A DNA stretch of 64,000 nucleotides from Crocinitomicaceae bacterium (lineage in GTDB: Bacteria; Bacteroidota; Bacteroidia; Flavobacteriales_D; Crocinitomicaceae). Numbering within the stretch: position 1 is the stretch's first letter; every line of letters starts with the position of its first letter. The notes beneath the pieces were generated by a model. That model made no database searches. It was given only the letters and a program-made list of their open reading frames with translations, and had not been told where the DNA came from. Below are positions 30,866 to 39,362 of the stretch, piece by piece. Where the stretch lies: positions 9,709-73,708 of the forward strand of contig JBILRU010000001.1 of assembly GCA_044372485.1 (NCBI GenBank), given 5' to 3'. The translations under genes were made by a program, and so were the position numbers.

Positions 30866-32251
30866 TCATTTCATCTTTAGTTTCAAGCTGCCAGAAACTT
30901 CCGTTGTTAGGAAAAATCCAGACGCACCTAATTGAATGGATGAAACGGCCAAGCGATCAACTTTCCCAGAGAGAAAAACCCCTTCGTCCAATTTAGAATT
31001 TAATTGTTGTGTAATGGTGTTTTTTGTTTCATTCAATAGAGGATTTAAATCATATTTTGCGGACTTATTTAATTCTTCTAAAATACGTTTATCAAACATC
31101 CATTTAGCTGTTTTCAGTAGCACGCTTTTTGAATTGAGGTCGTAGGTTAAGTTCGTTAACACGAAAAATTGATCCTCTGTAATGATGGGTGTTCCTACAA
31201 GAAAAAAAACACCTTTTTTTGAGCCCGAAAAATATACTTGAATAATGAGTTTGTGTTCTTGATTACCTAAAATATGCAGGGAGTCAACAATAATTTGTTT
31301 TCCATTAAACGGGATTTTATACCCCATTAAATCTTTATTCATGATTTTATTAATCGAATCGTATGAAGCTTTTATTAGGATATTTAACGCATAACCTTGT
31401 CCATTTGTGTATTTAGCTTGTTTAGGTAAATCACTATATACGGCCGGTTCTTTATCGGTGGTTATGAATGGTTCTGCTGTTAACTCTGCTGTCAATTCCG
31501 CGCGTTTATTTATAGCATCAAATGTGACAGGGCTCAGCGCCATGCTCTTCGGCCTCAAAAAAAGAAGACCGTATCCGCTTAAGTCCATGGGCTCTTCTAG
31601 CTGACGCCAAACATCTTTAATGGAAGACCGAATATCAACTGATTCTATTTGTCGATCAATGTCTTTCTCTAACGATTCTAATTGACCTTTCACTTGTTTT
31701 TCTACTTGAGATGTGGCATCGTACTTAAATACGGTGATTTCACAAGGGTCCAACACATCGAATAATTTAAGCTTTGTTTCGGTGTTAAATGTGTATGAAT
31801 CCGAAATAGAGATGCTTGTGTTATATCCAACCTTCACTCTGCGCATCGGCTCTCCAACACCACAACTTGCATAGATTCTAGGAACAGTACACGATCCTTT
31901 TTCATCCCACAAACTGTGGCATTTTGGACAATAATTCAACTTCAATTCAAACTTGCCATCCACTTCATAGTATAAGTTTGTTTTCTTTAGTTGAAAATTG
32001 ATAGGTTCACGGATGAACTTATAAGAAAAACTAACTCCTTCACATTGTTCTTGTTTTCCCTCAAAAGTTTTGGGTAATGACTTTTCTACGTCCTTTAATT
32101 GATTTTGTAAGTCAATTTCAACGGGTACATTTATTTGAGAAACAGGAAGGACAGGCATTTGTGGGTCTACCAGCTCCACGATCGGTTCGGGAATATTAAT
32201 GGATTTACAAGACCAACTTAAAAGAGGAAGTAAAAAAAGGATGTATTTCAT
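30866..32251 (-). CDS. Lipoprotein of unknown function (DUF4403-like, by recall)
   Basis: The likely start is ATG 32251 (MKYILFLLPLLSWSCKS, signal peptide plus lipobox). About 461 aa. Confidence 0.55.
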   Translation of the reverse strand: MKYILFLLPLLSWSCKSINIPEPIVELVDPQMPVLPVSQINVPVEIDLQNQLKDVEKSLPKTFEGKQEQCEGVSFSYKFIREPINFQLKKTNLYYEVDGKFELKLNYCPKCHSLWDEKGSCTVPRIYASCGVGEPMRRVKVGYNTSISISDSYTFNTETKLKLFDVLDPCEITVFKYDATSQVEKQVKGQLESLEKDIDRQIESVDIRSSIKDVWRQLEEPMDLSGYGLLFLRPKSMALSPVTFDAINKRAELTAELTAEPFITTDKEPAVYSDLPKQAKYTNGQGYALNILIKASYDSINKIMNKDLMGYKIPFNGKQIIVDSLHILGNQEHKLIIQVYFSGSKKGVFFLVGTPIITEDQFFVLTNLTYDLNSKSVLLKTAKWMFDKRILEELNKSAKYDLNPLLNETKNTITQQLNSKLDEGVFLSGKVDRLAVSSIQLGASGFFLTTEVSGSLKLKMK

Positions 32252-32342
32252 GATGGGTGATTTCACGAAACGAAGGTATAAATCTTTTGTTTGTTCAAAA
32301 CAAAAGACACAAAAAAGGGGGCCTAAGCCCCCCAAGAAAATG

Positions 32343-33572
32343 TTAGTTCATTTTTGCTTTTAATCCTTTATCTAGGGCATCCAAAAATTCTTCTGTGTAT
32401 ACATAATGATCACCGTGAGAAACCTTGTTTCCATGAATACAAACAGCAAGATCTTTGGTCATGATGCCAGATTCAACAGTTTCGATACAAACGCGCTCTA
32501 ATGAAAGACAGAAATCAATTAGATCTTGGTTATTATCTAGTTTTCCTCTAAATGCCAAACCCCTTGTCCAAGCAAAAATCGATGCAATTGGATTTGTAGA
32601 AGTTTGCTTCCCTGCTTGGTAATCTCTATAGTGACGAGTTACAGTTCCGTGTGCTGCCTCAGCCTCCATAATCTCACCATCTGGTGTAATTAATACAGAA
32701 GTCATCAAACCTAATGATCCAAAGCCCTGAGCAACGGTATCCGATTGAACATCGCCATCGTAATTTTTACAAGCCCAAACAAAATTTCCATTCCATTTTA
32801 AGGCAGAAGCTACCATGTCGTCAATTAAACGATGCTCATAAACGATTCCAGCAGCTTCGTATTTAGCTTTGAATTCATTTTGGTAAATTTCTTCGAAGAT
32901 ATCTTTAAAACGACCATCGTATTTTTTCAAGATGGTATTTTTAGTGGATAAATAAAGCGGCCACTTTTTGGTCAGCGCCATATTGAAACAACTTTGTGCA
33001 AAACCACGAATAGACTCATCTGTATTATACATGGCCATTCCAACTCCGTCTCCTTTGAAGTTATACACCTCAAAATTTTGAACATCGCCACCATCTTCTG
33101 GTGTGAAAGTCATCGTTAGTTTTCCTTTTCCTTTGAAAACAGCATCTGTTGCGCGGTACTGATCACCAAAAGCGTGACGACCAACAATAATAGGAGCTGT
33201 CCAGTTTGTCACCAAACGAGGAACGTTTTGCATCACTATTGGCTCACGAAAAACAGTTCCATCAAGGATGTTACGAATGGTTCCATTGGGAGATTTCCAC
33301 ATGGATTTCAAGTTGAATTCTTTTACACGTGCTTCATCGGGTGTAATCGTCGCACATTTAATACCAACCTTATATTCTTTAATTGCTTCCGCTGCGTCAA
33401 TGGTAATTTGATCATTGGTTTCATCTCGTTTTTCAATTCCTAAATCGTAATATTTGATATCAAGATCTAAATAAGGAAGGATCAATTTGTCTTTGATGAA
33501 TTTCCAAATAATGCGGGTCATTTCATCCCCATCTAACTCTACTACTGGATTGGCAACTTTAATTTTTGACAT
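32343..33572 (-). CDS. icd: NADP-dependent isocitrate dehydrogenase, eukaryote-like subfamily II (about 409 aa)
   Basis: [30 protein letters not shown] and NYDGDVQSD are hallmarks of IDH1/2-type enzymes. Confidence 0.95.
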   Translation of the reverse strand: MSKIKVANPVVELDGDEMTRIIWKFIKDKLILPYLDLDIKYYDLGIEKRDETNDQITIDAAEAIKEYKVGIKCATITPDEARVKEFNLKSMWKSPNGTIRNILDGTVFREPIVMQNVPRLVTNWTAPIIVGRHAFGDQYRATDAVFKGKGKLTMTFTPEDGGDVQNFEVYNFKGDGVGMAMYNTDESIRGFAQSCFNMALTKKWPLYLSTKNTILKKYDGRFKDIFEEIYQNEFKAKYEAAGIVYEHRLIDDMVASALKWNGNFVWACKNYDGDVQSDTVAQGFGSLGLMTSVLITPDGEIMEAEAAHGTVTRHYRDYQAGKQTSTNPIASIFAWTRGLAFRGKLDNNQDLIDFCLSLERVCIETVESGIMTKDLAVCIHGNKVSHGDHYVYTEEFLDALDKGLKAKMN

Positions 33573-33590
33573 AGGTACATTTTTACAGCA

Positions 33591-33598
33591 CAAAATTA
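33591..33598 (-). promoter_or_regulatory. -7 element TAATTTTG upstream of icd
   Basis: The minus strand reads TAATTTTG 18 nt before ATG 33572. Confidence 0.35.
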
Positions 33599-33703
33599 CG
33601 CAAATTTTCGTGAATAAAAGGAGTGAATAAAAGCCACAAAACCAAGTGTAAAAAAGATAATAAATATCCTTAAAACGAAGTATTACCTAAAAAAGAGATG
33701 TTC

Positions 33704-33958
33704 TTAGTTAAAAAACCAAGTAACTAAAAGCACTAAAAGTGACAAGATGAATCCTAAGGATAAAATGGTGGGTATGAGCTTGCTCTCTTTGCGATCACCC
33801 TCGAGAAAAAACCGCCACAGCACAAAGCTGACGATTCCAAATGGATAGGCGATGAATAAAGCCGCGCCATACACCCAAACGATTCCCGCTAAGGAAAACC
33901 ATATGGCTAAAAGGAAAGAAATGAGTGCCGTCCAATCGTTCTTTGTTCTATGCATCAC
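33704..33958 (-). CDS. Hypothetical small membrane protein (84 aa, about 3 TM helices)
   Basis: Only the ORF and its hydrophobicity pattern support this call. Confidence 0.45.
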   Translation of the reverse strand: MMHRTKNDWTALISFLLAIWFSLAGIVWVYGAALFIAYPFGIVSFVLWRFFLEGDRKESKLIPTILSLGFILSLLVLLVTWFFN

Positions 33959-33993
33959 TGAAATAATTTGGAAGTCAAATTTACTATTTTATC

Positions 33994-34023
33994 ATAAAAA
34001 AAGCGGTGAGAGTCCCACCGCTT
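33994..34023 (-). terminator. Rho-independent terminator after fumC
   Basis: On the minus strand, stem AAGCGGTG/CACCGCTT followed by TTTTTTT. Confidence 0.65.
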
Positions 34024-34043
34024 TCTATCTTTTAAAAGGTTGA

Positions 34044-35441
34044 TTAATCTAAAGAACCAATCATTTTAGATGGATCAACATATAAGTCGTATTCTTCCGC
34101 TGTGACGTGACCTAGTCCAACAGCGGCTTCTTTCAAAGTTGTACCGTTTTTGTGCGCATATTTTGCAATTTCAGCCGCCTTGTAGTAGCCAATTTTCGTG
34201 TTAAGAGCAGTGACCAACATGAGGGAATTGTCTAAGTGTTTTTTCAACACAGGTAAATTTGCTTCAATACCAGCAGCACAATTATCCGTAAAGGATACGC
34301 ATGCATCGCCAATTAATCGGGCAGATTGAAGAACATTAGCCGCAATGACTGGTTTGAAAACATTTAATTCAAAATGTCCATTTGATCCAGCAATTGAAAC
34401 AGTAACATCGTTCCCCATCACTTGGGCGCAGACCATTGTCAAGGCTTCTGGTTGAGTGGGATTTACTTTTCCAGGCATGATGGATGATCCGGGTTCGTTG
34501 TCAGGAATGATGATTTCACCAATTCCACATCTTGGTCCAGATGACAACATGCGTATATCATTCGCAATTTTCATCAAAGAAACCGCTGATCTTTTCAATG
34601 CTCCAGATAATTCAACCATTGCATCATGAGCAGCTAGCGCCTCAAATTTATTTTTTGCAGTAACGAATGGAAGTCCAGTAAACTCCGCAATTTTTTTAGC
34701 TACAAGTACATCGTATCCTTTTGGGGTGTTTAATCCTGTCCCAACAGCTGTCCCGCCAAGTGCTAATTCACCTACAACAACTAGTGCATTGTTAATTGCG
34801 CGAATGGAATAATCTATTTGTGCAACGTAACCACTGAACTCTTGTCCAAGTGTTAGTGGAGTTGCATCCATGAAATGCGTTCTACCTGTTTTTACGATGT
34901 CCTTGAATGCTTCTACTTTCGTTTGAAGGGCTTTTCTCAAATGTAATAAACCAGGCAAAGTTGTTTCCATGGTCATTTTGTATGCTGCGATGTGCATCGC
35001 TGTTGGATACGTGTCATTTGATGATTGTGATTTATTCACATCATCATTTGGATTCAGAACTTTTTCTCCATCTGATAAATCCCCACCTTGAAGCACGTGT
35101 CCACGATTGGCAATCACTTCATTACAGTTCATATTGGACTGTGTTCCTGATCCCGTTTGCCAAATAACTAATGGAAACTCTGAGTCGTGTTGTCCGGTCA
35201 AGACTTCGTCACAAACCTTTGATATGAGGTCTCTTTTTTCTATTGAAAGAACACCAAGGTCATGATTTGCATGTGCAGCTGCCTTTTTTAAATAGGCAAA
35301 TGCGTGAATTATTTCAGTTGGCATTGAGCCTTCCGGTCCAATTTTAAAGTTGTTTCTAGAACGTTCCGTTTGCGCTCCCCAATAACGATGTGCCGGCACA
35401 TTTACCTCGCCCATCGTGTCTTTTTCAATCCTAAACTCCAT
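34044..35441 (-). CDS. fumC: Class II fumarate hydratase
   Basis: [13 protein letters not shown] signature. 465 aa. Confidence 0.97.
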   Translation of the reverse strand: MEFRIEKDTMGEVNVPAHRYWGAQTERSRNNFKIGPEGSMPTEIIHAFAYLKKAAAHANHDLGVLSIEKRDLISKVCDEVLTGQHDSEFPLVIWQTGSGTQSNMNCNEVIANRGHVLQGGDLSDGEKVLNPNDDVNKSQSSNDTYPTAMHIAAYKMTMETTLPGLLHLRKALQTKVEAFKDIVKTGRTHFMDATPLTLGQEFSGYVAQIDYSIRAINNALVVVGELALGGTAVGTGLNTPKGYDVLVAKKIAEFTGLPFVTAKNKFEALAAHDAMVELSGALKRSAVSLMKIANDIRMLSSGPRCGIGEIIIPDNEPGSSIMPGKVNPTQPEALTMVCAQVMGNDVTVSIAGSNGHFELNVFKPVIAANVLQSARLIGDACVSFTDNCAAGIEANLPVLKKHLDNSLMLVTALNTKIGYYKAAEIAKYAHKNGTTLKEAAVGLGHVTAEEYDLYVDPSKMIGSLD

Positions 35442-35469
35442 TTTTTAGTGTATTGTAAATTAAATTGTT

Positions 35470-35477
35470 TAATTTTG
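35470..35477 (+). promoter_or_regulatory. -7 element TAATTTTG upstream of the 52-aa micro-ORF
   Basis: TAnnTTTG match 30 nt before ATG 35508. Confidence 0.3.
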
Positions 35478-35507
35478 AAATGTATTCAAACACAAAAGTA
35501 ATAGAAG

Positions 35508-35666
35508 ATGAGCACTTTCGGTATTGTATTGTTTCTTTTAATTGGCGGGATGGCATTTTGGATGCTATTATTCTTATTAGGATTCATCCTCCCTTATTGG
35601 TTAACGCTTGGTTTATTTGAGCAATTACGTCCGAAACGTATCTTCGAAGAGAAAGAAGAAAAATAA
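35508..35666 (+). CDS. Candidate 52-aa membrane micro-protein, not in the ORF track
   Basis: Hand translation gives MSTFGIVLFLLIGGMAFWMLLFLLGFILPYWLTLGLFEQLRPKRIFEEKEEK. It has its own -7 motif upstream and a hairpin with a T-run downstream. Confidence 0.4.
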   Translation: MSTFGIVLFLLIGGMAFWMLLFLLGFILPYWLTLGLFEQLRPKRIFEEKEEK

Positions 35667-35685
35667 TTCGAAATAAATTCTATTG

Positions 35686-35712
35686 AAAAGCGCTTTTAGG
35701 CGCTTTTTTTGT
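35686..35712. terminator. Hairpin terminator between the convergent micro-ORF and bestrophin-like gene
   Basis: Stem AAAAGCGC/GCGCTTTT with a 6-nt loop and a T-run on the plus strand. It overlaps the last codons of the minus-strand gene. Confidence 0.55.
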
Positions 35713-36577
35713 TTTGAAGAAGTTCGGATGTATTTCGTTGAATCGTTTCGCTGAGCGCATCTGTTGGTAAATCATTTTCATCTTTCCCGAATGGATCTTC
35801 TATTTCTTCTGCCAAAACTTCCATACTCACGAGCGCATAAAAGACAAACGTTGATATGAATGCAGAATAATATCCAAACAACTCAACAAATGCAAGCGGC
35901 ATCGTAATGACATAGATGAAAATGAATTTTTTAATAAACAAACTGTATGAAAACGGAATGGGTGTATTTTTAATGCGTTCACATGCCCCTAAGCTATCCA
36001 CTAGCCGATCAAGGTTTTGATTGAGCATGCTCAATTCAAGGCTGTCCATTACACCCCTTTCTTTTAGAACCTGAAGTTTTTCACGCAAGGCAAGAATAAT
36101 CCAAAGTGCTTGATGTGCTGATTTTTCAATGGATGTAAGATCTTCTGGGCTCAGAAAACTTGGTGTACTAATGCGTTGACCTCTTAAATGTTCTTTCGCA
36201 CACACAGCAAAAAGCGGAAAGTGATTTTCAAAATAATCTCTTTCTTGAGTCGTTAAGTTCAATACGGACAATTTTGAAATAAAATTTCTAGAATCGTTGA
36301 CAATTGCCCCCCACATTTTTCTGCCCTCCCACCATCGGTCATAGGCTGTATTTGTGCGAAAGACAAGTAAAAGCGAAATGACAAATCCAAGTAATGAATA
36401 GACTGTGGTGAGGTTTTTTAAATACGTGGCATTTGGAAAGAAATGAATTTCCAAAAATGTAATTAGCGCAGTCAATAGCCCAATATATATGAGTTCTTTC
36501 CAGAGTATTGTCACTGTATCACTTTTGTGAAACGAGAAAATAAAGGAAAGCCAATTCTTAGGGTTGTAATTAATCAT
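35696..36577 (-). CDS. Bestrophin-family (UPF0187/YneE) anion channel
   Basis: 293 aa. FRTNTAYDRWWEGRKMWG is the family hallmark. Confidence 0.85.
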   Translation of the reverse strand: MINYNPKNWLSFIFSFHKSDTVTILWKELIYIGLLTALITFLEIHFFPNATYLKNLTTVYSLLGFVISLLLVFRTNTAYDRWWEGRKMWGAIVNDSRNFISKLSVLNLTTQERDYFENHFPLFAVCAKEHLRGQRISTPSFLSPEDLTSIEKSAHQALWIILALREKLQVLKERGVMDSLELSMLNQNLDRLVDSLGACERIKNTPIPFSYSLFIKKFIFIYVITMPLAFVELFGYYSAFISTFVFYALVSMEVLAEEIEDPFGKDENDLPTDALSETIQRNTSELLQNKKSA

Positions 36578-36658
36578 CGTTTATCGTTAGAGCACAAAGC
36601 TAAAAAGAAAGTGGTTAAAGAAAAAAAATGTAATTTCGAAAATCAAATTTAAACGCAT

Positions 36659-37603
36659 ATGGAAATTACAAGAGAATTATTAGAAAAGCTCAATCAAAAG
36701 TATGCGTCATTAGGTGAAAATGTATCCTCTTATCTAGAAGGGCTGCTGCATACAGATGTAACCACTTATTGGGATTACATTCAATTAGACACACTTTTAA
36801 CTTTACAAAAGCCGAAAACAAATTTCCCAGATGAGACTATTTTCATCATGTACCATCAAATAACAGAGTTATATTTCAAATTGGCGCTTCGGGAATTTGA
36901 GCAAATCGGTGAAAAGCAAGAATTGACGAAAGCGTATTTCGTTTCACGCGTTACGCGTATTAATCGGTATTTCGAAGCCCTAATTAAGAGTTTTGAAATC
37001 ATGATTGACGGTATGGATAGGGAAGAGTTTTTACAAGTCCGCATGGCATTGCTTCCCGCAAGTGGTTTTCAATCAGCTCAATACCGCCATATAGAAATTT
37101 ATAGCACAGATTTTATTCAGCTAGTTGCAAAGGATCGACGATCGCAATTCGCGACTACTTCTGAAATTACGGATATGTTTGAGCACATCTATTGGAAAGA
37201 GGGAGCAACAGAGGTGGCAACTGGAAAAAAAACACTCACATTGATACAATTTGAGGAAAAATACCGTTCATCATTTATTGCTCAAGGCGAACAATGCAGA
37301 ACTAAAAATTTATGGCAATCTTATTTGAGGTTAAGCCTAACGGACCAAGAAGATGAAGAAGTAAAAAATGTGTTGAGGGAAAATGATACAAATGTGAATG
37401 TCAATTGGCCTTTAGCACATTATAAGTCTGCGGTGAGGTATTTAGCGCGCGACACTAGTGATATTGCCGCTACTGGTGGAACGAACTGGCAGAAGTATTT
37501 ACCTCCACGTTTTCAAAAGAGAATTTTTTATCCAGGTTTATGGACGACAGAACAACAGGAGAACTGGGGAAAGTCTTGGGTGGAAGCTTCTTTAAATAAG
37601 TAA
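36659..37603 (+). CDS. kynA: Tryptophan 2,3-dioxygenase
   Basis: YWDYIQLDTLL.LQ and MYHQITELYFKL motifs resemble the TDO haem-pocket helices. Confidence 0.8.
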   Translation: MEITRELLEKLNQKYASLGENVSSYLEGLLHTDVTTYWDYIQLDTLLTLQKPKTNFPDETIFIMYHQITELYFKLALREFEQIGEKQELTKAYFVSRVTRINRYFEALIKSFEIMIDGMDREEFLQVRMALLPASGFQSAQYRHIEIYSTDFIQLVAKDRRSQFATTSEITDMFEHIYWKEGATEVATGKKTLTLIQFEEKYRSSFIAQGEQCRTKNLWQSYLRLSLTDQEDEEVKNVLRENDTNVNVNWPLAHYKSAVRYLARDTSDIAATGGTNWQKYLPPRFQKRIFYPGLWTTEQQENWGKSWVEASLNK

Positions 37604-37606
37604 GAC

Positions 37607-39325
37607 TTAATTCACCACTGTTTTCAAGTAAATTTGAGAGAAGTCGATGATTCCAGAAGGATTCATTTCAAATCCCCGAACACGTAAATTAATTAAAACA
37701 AAAAAGTCTTCAGAAAAGACAGGTAGAATGACATTTTCATTGGTGATTATTTCTTCACAAGCTTGTTGATATCGAATTTTCTGACTTAAGTCAGAGGTTG
37801 ATATCGAATTCAAATACAAACGATTATAGCGCGCATTGTAAAAGTTGTTCCCGAAAGTGTTTTTTCCAGCCCCCTGGAAAAATAAACGCAGATATGATTC
37901 TGCATCAGGGTAATCACCCACCCAACCAGCTTTCCATAATTGAGCTTTTCCATTTTTTATTCGCATATCGCGTTCTTTCGTCCCAATGTATTCCATTTGA
38001 ATCCGAATGCCTAGTCCTGACTTTAATTGTCTGCAAACTTCTTTGCACCAAAGGTCTGCATTACTTCCTCTTTGAGTATTCACCAAAAACGAAATAGGTG
38101 GAAACGGATGCTTCTCATCATAGCCGGCTTCTTTTAAATAAATTTTAGCGCGTTTAAGATCTTGATTAATTTGCCCAAGGTGTGGATTGGAATAGTACGC
38201 ACATGAAGGAATAAAACCACGGTTAATCGCTTGTCCATCACCACTTAATATGTCGTTGCAAATATGGTTCTTATCTAAAGCATATTGAAACGCTTTACGA
38301 ACGAGCTGATTGTCAAAAGGTTTTGATTTTAGATTCCAAGCAAGGTAATGAATTTTAGATGCTTTTTGAATATGAACTCTGTGTAGTAGGTTCTTCCCTT
38401 TTTGAGCATCAGTCAAGGTGCCAAATGCTTTTTCTAACTCATTTGCAGGTAAGTCAAAGAGCAAATCAACCTTTTCTTTAGAAAACAGAGGATATTCTTG
38501 GCTTAATTTTGTGTTTGTTAGTACGAGAACCTCATCTAAATAAGGCAATTGGTTGCCAAATTTATCATGCATCCAGTAGTCTTTATTTTTCTCTAATTTA
38601 ATCTCGGACGAAGAAGTTGATTTGATATAAAACGGACCTGAGCCCACCGGGTGATCACGTAATTGTTTGCCATAATAAAACCAAGATGTTTTTGACAAAA
38701 TCCCCAAGCTCGGGTGAGTTAATAGTTGCTTGAAGTTATTGTAAGGTTGTGTTAATTCTATTTCTAACTCGTAATCATTGATGATTTTAATTCCTGCCAC
38801 GTTCCTTTCTTCTGGAAGCATTCGTTTCTTGAAAAAGGATTCAGAACCAACAATCATTCCCATCAACAATGATCCAGATTGATTTAACGGATTGTTTGAG
38901 CAAGCCAAACTGAGCGTGAAGGCCACGTCTTCAGCGGTTAATTCACGAGGTGAGCCTGTTGTAAAACAAGCGTCCTCGTGAAAAAGGACCCCATGTTTCA
39001 GCTTAATTTTTACTAGCCGCCCCCCTTTTTTAATAAGGATTTCTTTCGCCAAATAATTTTGAATGGCACCTTTCGAATTTGATTGTTTTACAAGCGGATC
39101 AAATAATTGACTAATAATCCTTAATTCAGAAAGTGAATTTGTTTCTAGTGGAAACAAAGTGGTTAATTGCTCTGGAAGCGAATAAGAAAACACACCACCG
39201 TAGTAACGATCTCCCTTAGCTAATTCGTTCATATCATTCCCACGATAAATGAATAACGTAAGTGAGACAATTACAATCGCTGCAAATAGAAGTGGGATTT
39301 TAGCGCGTTCAATGGTACGTTTCAT
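37607..39325 (-). CDS. Family-5 (peptide/nickel type) ABC substrate-binding protein with an N-terminal TM anchor
   Basis: 572 aa. The SBP_bac_5-like pattern includes GSGPFY and KDYW. No cognate permease or ATPase gene is adjacent. Confidence 0.75.
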   Translation of the reverse strand: MKRTIERAKIPLLFAAIVIVSLTLFIYRGNDMNELAKGDRYYGGVFSYSLPEQLTTLFPLETNSLSELRIISQLFDPLVKQSNSKGAIQNYLAKEILIKKGGRLVKIKLKHGVLFHEDACFTTGSPRELTAEDVAFTLSLACSNNPLNQSGSLLMGMIVGSESFFKKRMLPEERNVAGIKIINDYELEIELTQPYNNFKQLLTHPSLGILSKTSWFYYGKQLRDHPVGSGPFYIKSTSSSEIKLEKNKDYWMHDKFGNQLPYLDEVLVLTNTKLSQEYPLFSKEKVDLLFDLPANELEKAFGTLTDAQKGKNLLHRVHIQKASKIHYLAWNLKSKPFDNQLVRKAFQYALDKNHICNDILSGDGQAINRGFIPSCAYYSNPHLGQINQDLKRAKIYLKEAGYDEKHPFPPISFLVNTQRGSNADLWCKEVCRQLKSGLGIRIQMEYIGTKERDMRIKNGKAQLWKAGWVGDYPDAESYLRLFFQGAGKNTFGNNFYNARYNRLYLNSISTSDLSQKIRYQQACEEIITNENVILPVFSEDFFVLINLRVRGFEMNPSGIIDFSQIYLKTVVN

Positions 39326-39362
39326 TTTCTAGGTTTATTCCCAGACCTGATTAACAGAAGTG

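Noticed and set aside
32343-33572. Eukaryote-type (IDH1/2-like) NADP-isocitrate dehydrogenase as a possible horizontal transfer.
   Set aside because: As far as I recall, subfamily II IDH is widespread in several bacterial phyla, including Bacteroidota. Neither the local composition nor the neighbouring genes look foreign.
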